NCBI GenBank assembly: GCA_963666285.1
Contig: OY762711.1
Length of the DNA stretch: 64,000 nucleotides
Direction: 5' to 3' (one strand)
From: Sedimentisphaerales bacterium
GTDB lineage: Bacteria > Planctomycetota > Phycisphaerae > Sedimentisphaerales > SM23-30
Part shown: in pieces, positions 21,201-29,497 of the stretch
Layout: each line of letters starts with the position of its first letter
Position numbering within the stretch: the first letter of the stretch is position 1
The notes under the pieces: model-generated
What the model saw: only the letters and a program-made list of their open reading frames with translations
Database searches by the model: none
What the model was told of the DNA's origin: nothing
Position numbers and translations under genes: made by a program

Positions 21201-22315
21201 CAGAGAGTGCCGTTATTATCATCAACAGCAAATTCCGGTTTGAATTCCTCGCTGTAATAAGAAGAAGCCTTTATATTCTTCTGTAACAGCAGATTGTCAA
21301 ACGGATTGGTATTTTCGCCAAGATATCCTATGCCGGTGTGAGTCGGTTTGACTTTTTTGATCGTATTATTGGGTCCAAACTCTAATAGATCGGCAGCAAT
21401 CTGGCGATGCATGCCATGATTAGAATGCGGATTGTCATGACGATGATAGATGATATAATACCGGCCATCCTGTTCGAGCATGCAATGATGCCCCGGTCCA
21501 TGTATGGAACCGTCAGTGTTGGTTGACAAAATCGGGTTATTCACATTATCGAAAGTGTAGGGTCCCCAGATGTCTTTGGCGGTTGCATACTGGACACAAT
21601 AAGTATCAGTGTGGCAGGAACCGGAAGAATACATGAGATAATATATCCCATCCTTTTTGATCATAAAAGGCCCTTCAAACACATCTTTAAGCTGGGTGTT
21701 AGGTATAATGCCTTTGGTACTATCGATTGGCAGCATATCAGGACCGACCTCGACCATACCACAACCATGGCCGTTATAAATTGCCCAGGTACAGAATTTG
21801 CCGTAGCGTTTACCATCATCATCTTTGAAAATCTGCCAGTCGAGAGTGATAACGGGATCAACATACTTATTTGGAATTATCATACCGTCCATATTGACAT
21901 CTCGATCAGGTTTCATACTGGTCCAAGGTCCAAGAGGTGACTCGGAATAGCCGGCATGAATCTGGCATGGCTGCGAATAATAAAAATAATATAGACCATT
22001 ATCATCCTGAACGACATCCGGGGCCCAGATATATTGAGATTTGGGCCAATTCATGGAAAGGTTGGTCCAGTTAACAAAATCTTTACTAACCCACACCTGA
22101 GAAGGACCATTGCCGGCAGCAGTACCGTCAGTGGTGGCATACATATAAAATGTATCGCCGAATTTTCGAACGGTAGGATCGGCATAATAACCAGGCACAA
22201 TCGGATTGCCCATACCCGGACTGTCATGTGCAGTATCACCTGCATTGACAACCAGGCATAGATTCCCAATAAACAGCAAAAATAAGCTTAAAATAGTCTT
22301 CATATAAAATTCCAA
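18284..22315 (-). CDS. Multimodular GH43 glycoside hydrolase with F5/8 type C (CBM32), LamG-like and FN3-like domains
   Basis: NPIVPGYYADP, WAPD, EGPFM, GPGHH; AVDDNNGTLW...LEVDLG...ARYLRL; repeated WHHIAV-type LamG motifs. Confidence 0.88.
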   Translation of the reverse strand: MEFYMKTILSLFLLFIGNLCLVVNAGDTAHDSPGMGNPIVPGYYADPTVRKFGDTFYMYATTDGTAAGNGPSQVWVSKDFVNWTNLSMNWPKSQYIWAPDVVQDDNGLYYFYYSQPCQIHAGYSESPLGPWTSMKPDRDVNMDGMIIPNKYVDPVITLDWQIFKDDDGKRYGKFCTWAIYNGHGCGMVEVGPDMLPIDSTKGIIPNTQLKDVFEGPFMIKKDGIYYLMYSSGSCHTDTYCVQYATAKDIWGPYTFDNVNNPILSTNTDGSIHGPGHHCMLEQDGRYYIIYHRHDNPHSNHGMHRQIAADLLEFGPNNTIKKVKPTHTGIGYLGENTNPFDNLLLQKNIKASSYYSEEFKPEFAVDDNNGTLWKAKTNQLPQTLEVDLGQVKNIQRTRIQFQYPNWYYQYLIEYSTDGINWLIFSDKRNNVLEGCPMVDFADVRARYLRLTVTGLEKPGMSAAIWNFKAFEGATYDPPQLLVHLEANDMPEGPCKELSNHRGMMGGAFIPDALTIVGNIDHNNAIVISGGRSITLNKPVPDTIINNKVFTKIIKVNCDDGKIKQIASVGDGKNLMTYLDGKLIDTEKITKPLNDLFSFTSLAQNNKTELCSLRIYARALHPSEIEYLMQQPYQKPVPPAAQPKGLLVDLDSAGLEIGRTVDRWFNNGLLKEKFLPQGSVPIVELVAGVKAVTFKGEDSLRSDFQYPKSLYGNASYTIAVWAFNPEIADTETMVSWGRYGGLEATSASLGYGRNRDLGAIAHNGWADMRYNQVPEAAKWHHIAVAFDGHMEKVYIDGKLDNQAQKMLHITPTEEIFIGRSHDRSGLFSGSIASLKIYDQALDSGQISELAAQKPHSEVFAKLDFSSLDYGPLQSISNSGSMEGQFTAVSQPPVIKDADGRIALYFDGTEELISDSSVDIGSSFSIEAFVISDPQNQAAFFNRVKDNKYIPFPVKLKNTWSHVVITSNGMVYVDGKMVPSTRKAILDLTVGEKLSIGKNFKGAITDIAVFNKALTESDIAGFYESHTQDLEPPAPVQFDTEPTAMTLSSVRMSAQKANDLSGRVQYYFEETSGNPGGKTSGWINDNYFENYGLQPNIEYAYTVKVRDYHGNVSKASEPVKVKISPDDFVIFYDDFSQDHDFLADGTEGTIWDGLITNISDKMTVTQAKTSNGMFRLEATGAIADEANGAPLLYKNIDGDFIIEAKVAPYQGWNNRRPPGLLEPAIMVRVANNSDAGPGEDHLRSGIFPYWDCGNIWTSKDGRGRRQGFNRTSYNSDMYLQIQRAGNIFHFRTSPDGKNWEPLPETPIWRSDMDGLPLQAGLTQSIHRDNETGWVEFDWFKLIVKKK

Positions 22316-23090
22316 TCACAAAAGAGCATCACACATTTATATAATACTTTAGGCAACCAAAATCTTAAGCTATCACAACAAAAGCAATTTCAAAAGGCCA
22401 CCTATAAACTCAATATTGCGTGATTGACTAACAAGAATGTTTAACAATGATAATATATTAGAAATATTTGATGTTTATGTAAACATTAAATATCTATCAC
22501 TACATGAGTTAATAACACAGATTCTGAACCGGTTAAGTACAAAAATCAGAAGAAAATAATAAAGGCAAAGTAAAAATGTTTAATTAACCAGTAGTTACTT
22601 TAATTTTAACACAATTGAATGATAGAATTTTAACCTCATGTATAAAAATATTTATGAAAAAAATGTATGATTTGAAGTTTTTTTTTGGAAAGATTTTCGG
22701 TTATGAGCAGAAAAAATGCAAGTTTGGCAATACCTCTGGCATGTTCATATTTAATTCTTAAAATAATAATATTCAACCATTATATCTATTGAATACGTCA
22801 AGCCTTTGATAAACAAACAGTTAGGCTTGACTTGTTAAACCACAATGAATTACCGAAAGGCAATTATTTAGGATGATATGGAACCAACTAACTGTAATTC
22901 TTTATAATACAAGCACATATATACAATCAAGAATTTGTGACAGGCTAGTAGAAAAAAAATAATTACAAAAAAAGGCTACTAAGGATATTTTCATACCTAA
23001 GCAGCCTTATTAATATAATACAGTAATTTTGTTATAATAAAATATAACATCTACACTACGTTAAAGCGAAGCAGGATTCCATATGGAAGG

Positions 23091-24224
23091 TTATAGCTTA
23101 TCACATACTGCTACACCTACATAAGAATCAGCAGTACCATAGTACAGATACCATTTATCCTTGAAATAAACCAAACCTTCGATAAATACAGTACCATCGG
23201 TGTACTGCCCGCTTTTTTCAAAGTCTAACTCAGGCTTGAAGAAATAGTTATCACATCGATCAAGAACTTTAGTCGGGTTATTTACATCCAGCAGCAGCTG
23301 GCCGGCAGAATAGGCACCTTTGCCAATAGTTTTATCAGCACCACTGTTTTTGCCGTTATAAAGCAGAATAATACCATCTTTTGTCACAACAGCAGGAGGA
23401 CCGGCTTCAGTTAAAAGACTATCGAACTTGTCACGCCTTGGCTTAATAAGAGTAAGTAACTCACCTTTATCATCTAAAACAGGTTTCCAGTCCATCAGAT
23501 CATCTGAAGTAGCAGCCAGAATGCGATTTTCGCCCCAATACATCCAGTATTTACCATTGATCTTTATCGCTTTAAGACGACCATCCTGAATTTTAGTAAC
23601 AACAGAAGCAGCTTTATGCCAGCTATTCAGGAATTTACCATTATATGCATCTTCAAAAATAGGCCCGTGTTTTGTCCAGTTTTTGAGGTCTTTGGAACTG
23701 GCAACACCTAACCGAGCAGAACGTGAAGTACCAAAAGGATTGTCCCTGTTCCACATAGTATAGTAGATATAAAAAGTTCCATCAGGGGCTTCAACAACCC
23801 TGGGATCTTCGCAACCACCTTTCCATTCAAACTGCCTGGAATTGTCGTCAGCAGGATAAAACACCGGTACAGGTTCTCTTTTGAAATTTATGCCGTCAGA
23901 TGAACGGGCAAGTCCAACACGAGATGTATGACCACCAAGCGATTCCCCGCTGCCATCTTCGGCACGATAAAGAACACATATCTGGTCCCGGTATACAACA
24001 GCGGCAGGGTTAAAAGTGTCGCTACTTTCCCATTTTACCATTTTACCGGTCATAGGACATTTAAATGTGGTATCAGATCGCGGTGAAATAATCGGGGAAT
24101 CTACAGGCCTTTTAAACGGGCCAAGCTGCCAGTCAGAACCAGCATAAACAAATGATACATTAATAGATAAAATTACAGACAGACACAATAACAATGTGGT
24201 AAAGAAAGATTTTGATTTTGTCAT
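23091..24224 (-). CDS. GH130 family beta-mannoside-active enzyme, secreted
   Basis: TFNPAAV, LYRAED, GGCEDPRVVE, EAGPP, VFIEGLV, YYGTADS; signal peptide. Confidence 0.9.
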   Translation of the reverse strand: MTKSKSFFTTLLLCLSVILSINVSFVYAGSDWQLGPFKRPVDSPIISPRSDTTFKCPMTGKMVKWESSDTFNPAAVVYRDQICVLYRAEDGSGESLGGHTSRVGLARSSDGINFKREPVPVFYPADDNSRQFEWKGGCEDPRVVEAPDGTFYIYYTMWNRDNPFGTSRSARLGVASSKDLKNWTKHGPIFEDAYNGKFLNSWHKAASVVTKIQDGRLKAIKINGKYWMYWGENRILAATSDDLMDWKPVLDDKGELLTLIKPRRDKFDSLLTEAGPPAVVTKDGIILLYNGKNSGADKTIGKGAYSAGQLLLDVNNPTKVLDRCDNYFFKPELDFEKSGQYTDGTVFIEGLVYFKDKWYLYYGTADSYVGVAVCDKL

Positions 24225-24380
24225 ATTATTTTAATACTCCTTTTTTTCAATTTATTGCATTGACTGACAATATAACTTAAAAAACAATATAAATCAATAA
24301 AAAAACAAGTCGAAAGCAAATGCATAACACATACTATTCGACTTGTATACATATAAGGCACCCTTAAAAATTACTGCGAA

Positions 24381-26720
24381 TCAATACATCTCAAATAACT
24401 CAGATGTATTAGTACCCAGCTTTTTGTTTGGTTCAGGACCCATTTGGAATTCCAAGACTCCTCCCTTAATGATTTCATCGTGTTTTATCCAAAGTCTCTG
24501 CAAATCCTTACCATTTAGTTTTACAGACTGAATATATGTATTAACTTCAGAATTATCAATAGTTCTAATCGTAAATGTTTGCCCATTGGCATATTTATCA
24601 CTAAGTTTATACGTAACACTATCAAACAATGGACTGGTCAGAATATAAATGCCATCACCAGGGCATACAGGATGCATACCACTAGCAGCAAGAACATACC
24701 ATGCAGACATTTGACCGACATCTTCATTACCGCACAAACCATCAATGCCAACACCGTAAGCATTTTCACAGACAATTCGGCTCCATTTCTGAGTTAACCA
24801 CGGCATACCGACATATGGGAACATAAACGCAACCTGATGTACCGGTTCGTTTGGATGATTATAATAATCATTCCAGGTAAATTTTTTCGGTGCTTTTTCA
24901 AAAAATGCAATGAGTTCCTGAATAAAATAATCTTTACCAAAAAGCTCAATCAAACCTTTAATATCATGAGGGACAAACCACCCCTGCTGATAAGGATTGC
25001 TTTCTACACAGCCCTGACCATGTACAGTTTTACCTCGCCAGTCATACCACTGCCCATCAGCTTTACGAGCATGAAACCATTGGACAGCCGGATCGTAAAT
25101 ATTTTTATAAGCCTGTCCTCTCTGATAGTACTTTTCAGCATCCTGGCTATTATTCAATAAATCAGCAAATCGGCCGACACACCAATCAGTATAGGCATAT
25201 TCCAGCGTCTGGGATATATTACCCGGTCGATATCCCTTGGGAGCATTACCGAACTTTTCGACAGAATTTTTACAATAAAGATAAGCTTTGTCAATATCGT
25301 AATCTCTAATCCCCTTGGTATAAGCATCAACAATAACGGAAACAGCCGGATTTCCGATCATACAACCAGAAAATGAATTCAATATTTCCCATCGCGGATA
25401 ATATTGTTTGCCACTTAACTCAGCTAACTGAATAAGAGAATTTATTTCATCATTAACCATTTCGGGGTTAATGATTGTCTGAAGTGGAAACTGGCTGCGA
25501 AAAACATCCCAGCCGCTAAAAATAGTACGATACTGAAATTTATCAGAAGAATGGATTTTGTTATCAGCACCACGATATTTACCATCGACGTCAGAAACAC
25601 AACGGGGATCAATCATTGTATGATACATTGCCGTATAGAATATTTCTTTCTGCTGTTCGGTTCCACCATCGACATTAATACGAGATACGGCACGGTTCCA
25701 TTTTCTGGCAGCCTGATTGCGAACCTGATCGAAATCCCAGTTTTTGATATCTTCTTCAAGGTTTTTACGCGCACCATCCATACTAACAAAAGAAATGCCG
25801 GATTTAACCAGAACCTGACTGCCTTTCTTTGTCGGAAATTCGAGGTAAAAGCCAAGATGTTCACCCTGTTTTTCTTTACAGCCATTTTCAACAATTGCTT
25901 TGGCAACCAGATCTTTATAACGAGCACTGGTAACATCATCTCTTTTTCTATTCCAGTCATCAGGTATATCAACAGACCAAATGCCATATTGCTTCAGCGG
26001 AACACTAAACTGACAATAAAAATATACAGTATAATCAGCTTTTCCATCACCATTACCCCATCCGCCGCCTTTAGGCGGGCATTTCATCCATCCCTGAATG
26101 GTATTAGAATCAAGGATCTTTATATACTGCTCGGTTGAAGTGCCACCAACTCTCCTGGCAAGATCGATCTGAATACGAGCCTGATCGGTTTCCGGAAAAG
26201 TAAACCTTAATATGCCGGCATGGGTTGCCGCAGTCATTTCTGCCTGAATATTATAATCATCCAGTATTACAGAATAATAGCCTGCTTTGGCGATCTCTGT
26301 ATCATGGATAAATCTCGAGCGATACCCATTTTCCGGAGCATCAGCAGGCCCATTTACTGTTTTCAGAGGTCCGATTGTTGGCATAACAAGGAAGTTACCC
26401 AAATCACCATACCAGCCAATACCACTCATATGGGTAAAACTGAAACCCTCGATAGTTTTATGATGCCAGGAATAACCCGGACCATTATCGCCACCAGTTA
26501 TAGTATCAGGACTTAACTGAACAAGCCCAAAAGGAGTTGTTGCCCCTGGAAACGTTTTACCAAGACCATGTAATACTCCGGCGGCTTCAGTTGAAGTAGA
26601 ACAACCTATCATCGGATTTATATATTCTACGGGCTGTTTAGCATAAAGAGCAGACTGTAATACAAATAACACTATAAAAACATTAAAATACCAAAACACT
26701 TTGCTTTTTTTCAGAAACAT
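24381..26720 (-). CDS. GH92 alpha-mannosidase
   Basis: TFPGATTPFGLVQLSPDT, FSGWDVFR, SQTLEYAY, HPNEP, GNEDVGQMSAWY. Confidence 0.94.
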   Translation of the reverse strand: MFLKKSKVFWYFNVFIVLFVLQSALYAKQPVEYINPMIGCSTSTEAAGVLHGLGKTFPGATTPFGLVQLSPDTITGGDNGPGYSWHHKTIEGFSFTHMSGIGWYGDLGNFLVMPTIGPLKTVNGPADAPENGYRSRFIHDTEIAKAGYYSVILDDYNIQAEMTAATHAGILRFTFPETDQARIQIDLARRVGGTSTEQYIKILDSNTIQGWMKCPPKGGGWGNGDGKADYTVYFYCQFSVPLKQYGIWSVDIPDDWNRKRDDVTSARYKDLVAKAIVENGCKEKQGEHLGFYLEFPTKKGSQVLVKSGISFVSMDGARKNLEEDIKNWDFDQVRNQAARKWNRAVSRINVDGGTEQQKEIFYTAMYHTMIDPRCVSDVDGKYRGADNKIHSSDKFQYRTIFSGWDVFRSQFPLQTIINPEMVNDEINSLIQLAELSGKQYYPRWEILNSFSGCMIGNPAVSVIVDAYTKGIRDYDIDKAYLYCKNSVEKFGNAPKGYRPGNISQTLEYAYTDWCVGRFADLLNNSQDAEKYYQRGQAYKNIYDPAVQWFHARKADGQWYDWRGKTVHGQGCVESNPYQQGWFVPHDIKGLIELFGKDYFIQELIAFFEKAPKKFTWNDYYNHPNEPVHQVAFMFPYVGMPWLTQKWSRIVCENAYGVGIDGLCGNEDVGQMSAWYVLAASGMHPVCPGDGIYILTSPLFDSVTYKLSDKYANGQTFTIRTIDNSEVNTYIQSVKLNGKDLQRLWIKHDEIIKGGVLEFQMGPEPNKKLGTNTSELFEMY

Positions 26721-26744
26721 TATAATACCTCTTCGAAAAATAAA

Positions 26745-29483
26745 TTAGTAAATACGGATGGTTCGTACACCAAAACGCGGGATATTAAGTTTTAACTGCA
26801 GTAAATTTTCATTAATTTTAACAGGAACAATATCCTTTATCAACTTGTTATTGAGCTCGACTAACTGAATTTTTTCGGGTTTATAATGCAAATTTACAAT
26901 AATTTCATCAGCATCAGCCTCGGCATTAAAAAGCCTTAGATAATACTGATTATTATTAACCGTAACCGATGTTAATTCGACACCTTTTGTATCAATTTCC
27001 AGCAATGATTTACTTGGATTCTTAGGTCTGTTACCAGAAATTACTGCCAATAAAGGCTCGTTCCATGAAACACTTTCTGCATTTATGCCGGCCTGGACCC
27101 ATAGATCATAATGAGGTAATAATGCATATTTGATATCAGCAGGTCCATGAGTTACATAATTTCTTCCCCAAAGAGCTCGTCCTATATACTGAACAGTTAA
27201 ACCAAGAGGCATTTCCGGACTATTTATATAACTTGTTGTATGATCCGAAAATAAAGCCATGCCATATTTACCGGGATTGTCTGTTACATCCACCCAGTTT
27301 AATATTACATTATGCTTGATGGTATCCCAGCTATCAAAATATGTATCATCTAATTGACTTTCGCAAACATCAAAAGGAGCATTTTTGAATACCCTGCTGC
27401 CGAGACCTTTTAACGGGAAGCGAACCTGCAGCTTATATTTATCATTATAGAATGCCTTTTTCCATTCTTCAGCTTTATAATTATGCTTTTGAGAATAGGC
27501 CCCTATACCTGGCTGGTTTTGCCAATCGATGTGCAAATCAAAGTCAATTCGAGGTTTTTGGTCGTAAAAAGTTATATGCTGAATATAAGGATTTCCAGCT
27601 AAATTACCTTCAACTTTCAAACGTATCAGTAAAGGACCGCATTCGACAATAGAAACCCGGACATCATTGTCATAAGTAGAAATATACTTTTGCTCATCAT
27701 AAAAATATCCACCCAGGTTATTCAAGCCTTTCCCTTTATCAACCAGCTGGATATTATTCATTTTTTTGGCGATAAGACTTGTTATGCTCCCGCCCTGGGA
27801 AGGATTTATCACAGCCTGATAATACCTGGTATCAAGCCGGTAAGAGTCATTTTCGAGCGATATAATGCTAATGGAAGTTTTTTCATTGCAATTGGCACCT
27901 TTTTTGAGCTTATAAGTTGAATAGCCAAAAGCCGGAACAGATGCTTCAAATATAATTGTCTTTGTTTTATCCTGCTCAGTAACAAACTGCGATGGTACAT
28001 CTCTGCCTTTGCTGTCCTGAACAGAAATATCTTCAGCATCAATACCATCAGGCAAATTTATAACAGCTAAATCATTTCTTGCGCTTCCCAGAGTGTTAAA
28101 AACGGTAATACAGCGTTCATCAGTTGAATCACTTTCAGAAATGCCACGTATAGAATCATATATTATTGCATCTGCTATTTGATTAGATTTTCTGGTCCAT
28201 TCGGTAACATTAGTGGCCCAGTTGCCGCCCGGTCGGCCATTATAGGGAACAATCCAGCAATCATGGTGTTGAGAAAGCATCAAGGTCCGCCATGCTTGAT
28301 CAAGCTGCTTATCCGGATATTCACCGTGAAAGAAATTATTATTAAATGCCGCAATCTTTTCGGCCATAACGATTCGATTTTCAGTAAACCTGACTTCCTG
28401 AGCCAGTTTTTGCAGGATATGTGAACCCCAAACGAGTCCCGGCTTGACATCCTCAATAGTAAAATTCCAGTCAATAGGAGTTACCTTAGAAGCAGCCATA
28501 TTGATATAATCAGTCCAAAGAACATATTCACTTGGCCGGTAAAACTTTCGAATAACATTTTCCAGCCAAGGGCCATGCTTCCATCCGGCATCCTGAAAGC
28601 ACATGCCGACAGGATATTTGACATCACTGTCAAAACAAGACTGAATAAAAGAATTAGAATTATTCCATGATTCAGTCTGCCAGGTAGAGCCTTTTACCAG
28701 CCCTTCACAGGCATATCGGGGAACAGTTAGAATTGAAGAACCATCAGATGACTGCCAACGAACCAGATCATTGCCGAAAGCAGAAGTATACCCACCCCAG
28801 CAAGTGTCAGGATTCCTTAAAACTGCATATTTGAAGCCAAGAGAATTAAGCAACTGCGGCAGACAGCTTGTAAAACAAGGTTCTTCGCAAGAATAGGTTG
28901 TGAATTCAGCATCCGGGAAATGCTCTCTGACCTTCTCCATGCCGTATTGAAATTGCCTGATAATACTCTCACCGGAGATATTATAGCAATACGGCTGGGC
29001 ATAAGCCGGATTAACAAATTCAATACGCTTATCAGACTCATTGTCAGAATAAATCTTACGAAGCTCAGAAAGGCTATCCGGAGCCCGATCATTTACGACA
29101 TCCCAGCTTTCAGGCTCAATTTCCAGATTGATTTTCCAATCAGGATATTCCTGAAGTTTATCAACCATAAACTGAGTTTGCCACATAGGATAATGGCCGT
29201 AAATACCGCCATGATAGCCATCGGCAAAAAACGCCTGCTGACCGCAGCACATATGTACTGCAGACAACAGAAAAGCTACAAAAATATATCTTTTATACAG
29301 TGCGGTTTCGCACTTTTGGCTGTTTAACATTATACGCAAAGTCCGGAACAGGGCCTTGTGAATGAAAAACTTTACATTTAATTGTATTTTCGAGCAATTT
29401 CTCGAAAGTGTATTAAATTCAAAGTGTTGCAGGAAGGCCCTTTTAGGCGATTTATGCAACTTAAAAACTACAAAAGTAAACAT
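26745..29483 (-). CDS. GH38-like alpha-mannosidase; first ~61 codons come from an inserted 182-bp element
   Basis: DGYHGG start of the catalytic domain, GESIIRQFQYG, AWRTLMLSQHHDCW, VFNTLG; the N-terminus overlaps the dispersed repeat at 29300-29481. Confidence 0.8.
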   Translation of the reverse strand: MFTFVVFKLHKSPKRAFLQHFEFNTLSRNCSKIQLNVKFFIHKALFRTLRIMLNSQKCETALYKRYIFVAFLLSAVHMCCGQQAFFADGYHGGIYGHYPMWQTQFMVDKLQEYPDWKINLEIEPESWDVVNDRAPDSLSELRKIYSDNESDKRIEFVNPAYAQPYCYNISGESIIRQFQYGMEKVREHFPDAEFTTYSCEEPCFTSCLPQLLNSLGFKYAVLRNPDTCWGGYTSAFGNDLVRWQSSDGSSILTVPRYACEGLVKGSTWQTESWNNSNSFIQSCFDSDVKYPVGMCFQDAGWKHGPWLENVIRKFYRPSEYVLWTDYINMAASKVTPIDWNFTIEDVKPGLVWGSHILQKLAQEVRFTENRIVMAEKIAAFNNNFFHGEYPDKQLDQAWRTLMLSQHHDCWIVPYNGRPGGNWATNVTEWTRKSNQIADAIIYDSIRGISESDSTDERCITVFNTLGSARNDLAVINLPDGIDAEDISVQDSKGRDVPSQFVTEQDKTKTIIFEASVPAFGYSTYKLKKGANCNEKTSISIISLENDSYRLDTRYYQAVINPSQGGSITSLIAKKMNNIQLVDKGKGLNNLGGYFYDEQKYISTYDNDVRVSIVECGPLLIRLKVEGNLAGNPYIQHITFYDQKPRIDFDLHIDWQNQPGIGAYSQKHNYKAEEWKKAFYNDKYKLQVRFPLKGLGSRVFKNAPFDVCESQLDDTYFDSWDTIKHNVILNWVDVTDNPGKYGMALFSDHTTSYINSPEMPLGLTVQYIGRALWGRNYVTHGPADIKYALLPHYDLWVQAGINAESVSWNEPLLAVISGNRPKNPSKSLLEIDTKGVELTSVTVNNNQYYLRLFNAEADADEIIVNLHYKPEKIQLVELNNKLIKDIVPVKINENLLQLKLNIPRFGVRTIRIY
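29300..29481. mobile_element. 182-bp MITE-like element, copy 1, with 5-bp target-site duplication ATACA
   Basis: ATACA at 29295-29299 and 29482-29486; collinear with 40743-40924 (22 mismatches by manual count, no indels); imperfect terminal inverted repeats. Confidence 0.85.
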
Positions 29484-29497
29484 ACATATAAACCTGA

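Noticed and set aside
22316..23090. Long AT-rich intergenic region
   Set aside because: I found only a weak terminator-like hairpin near 22968-23008, and no ORF, repeat or RNA motif I can support.
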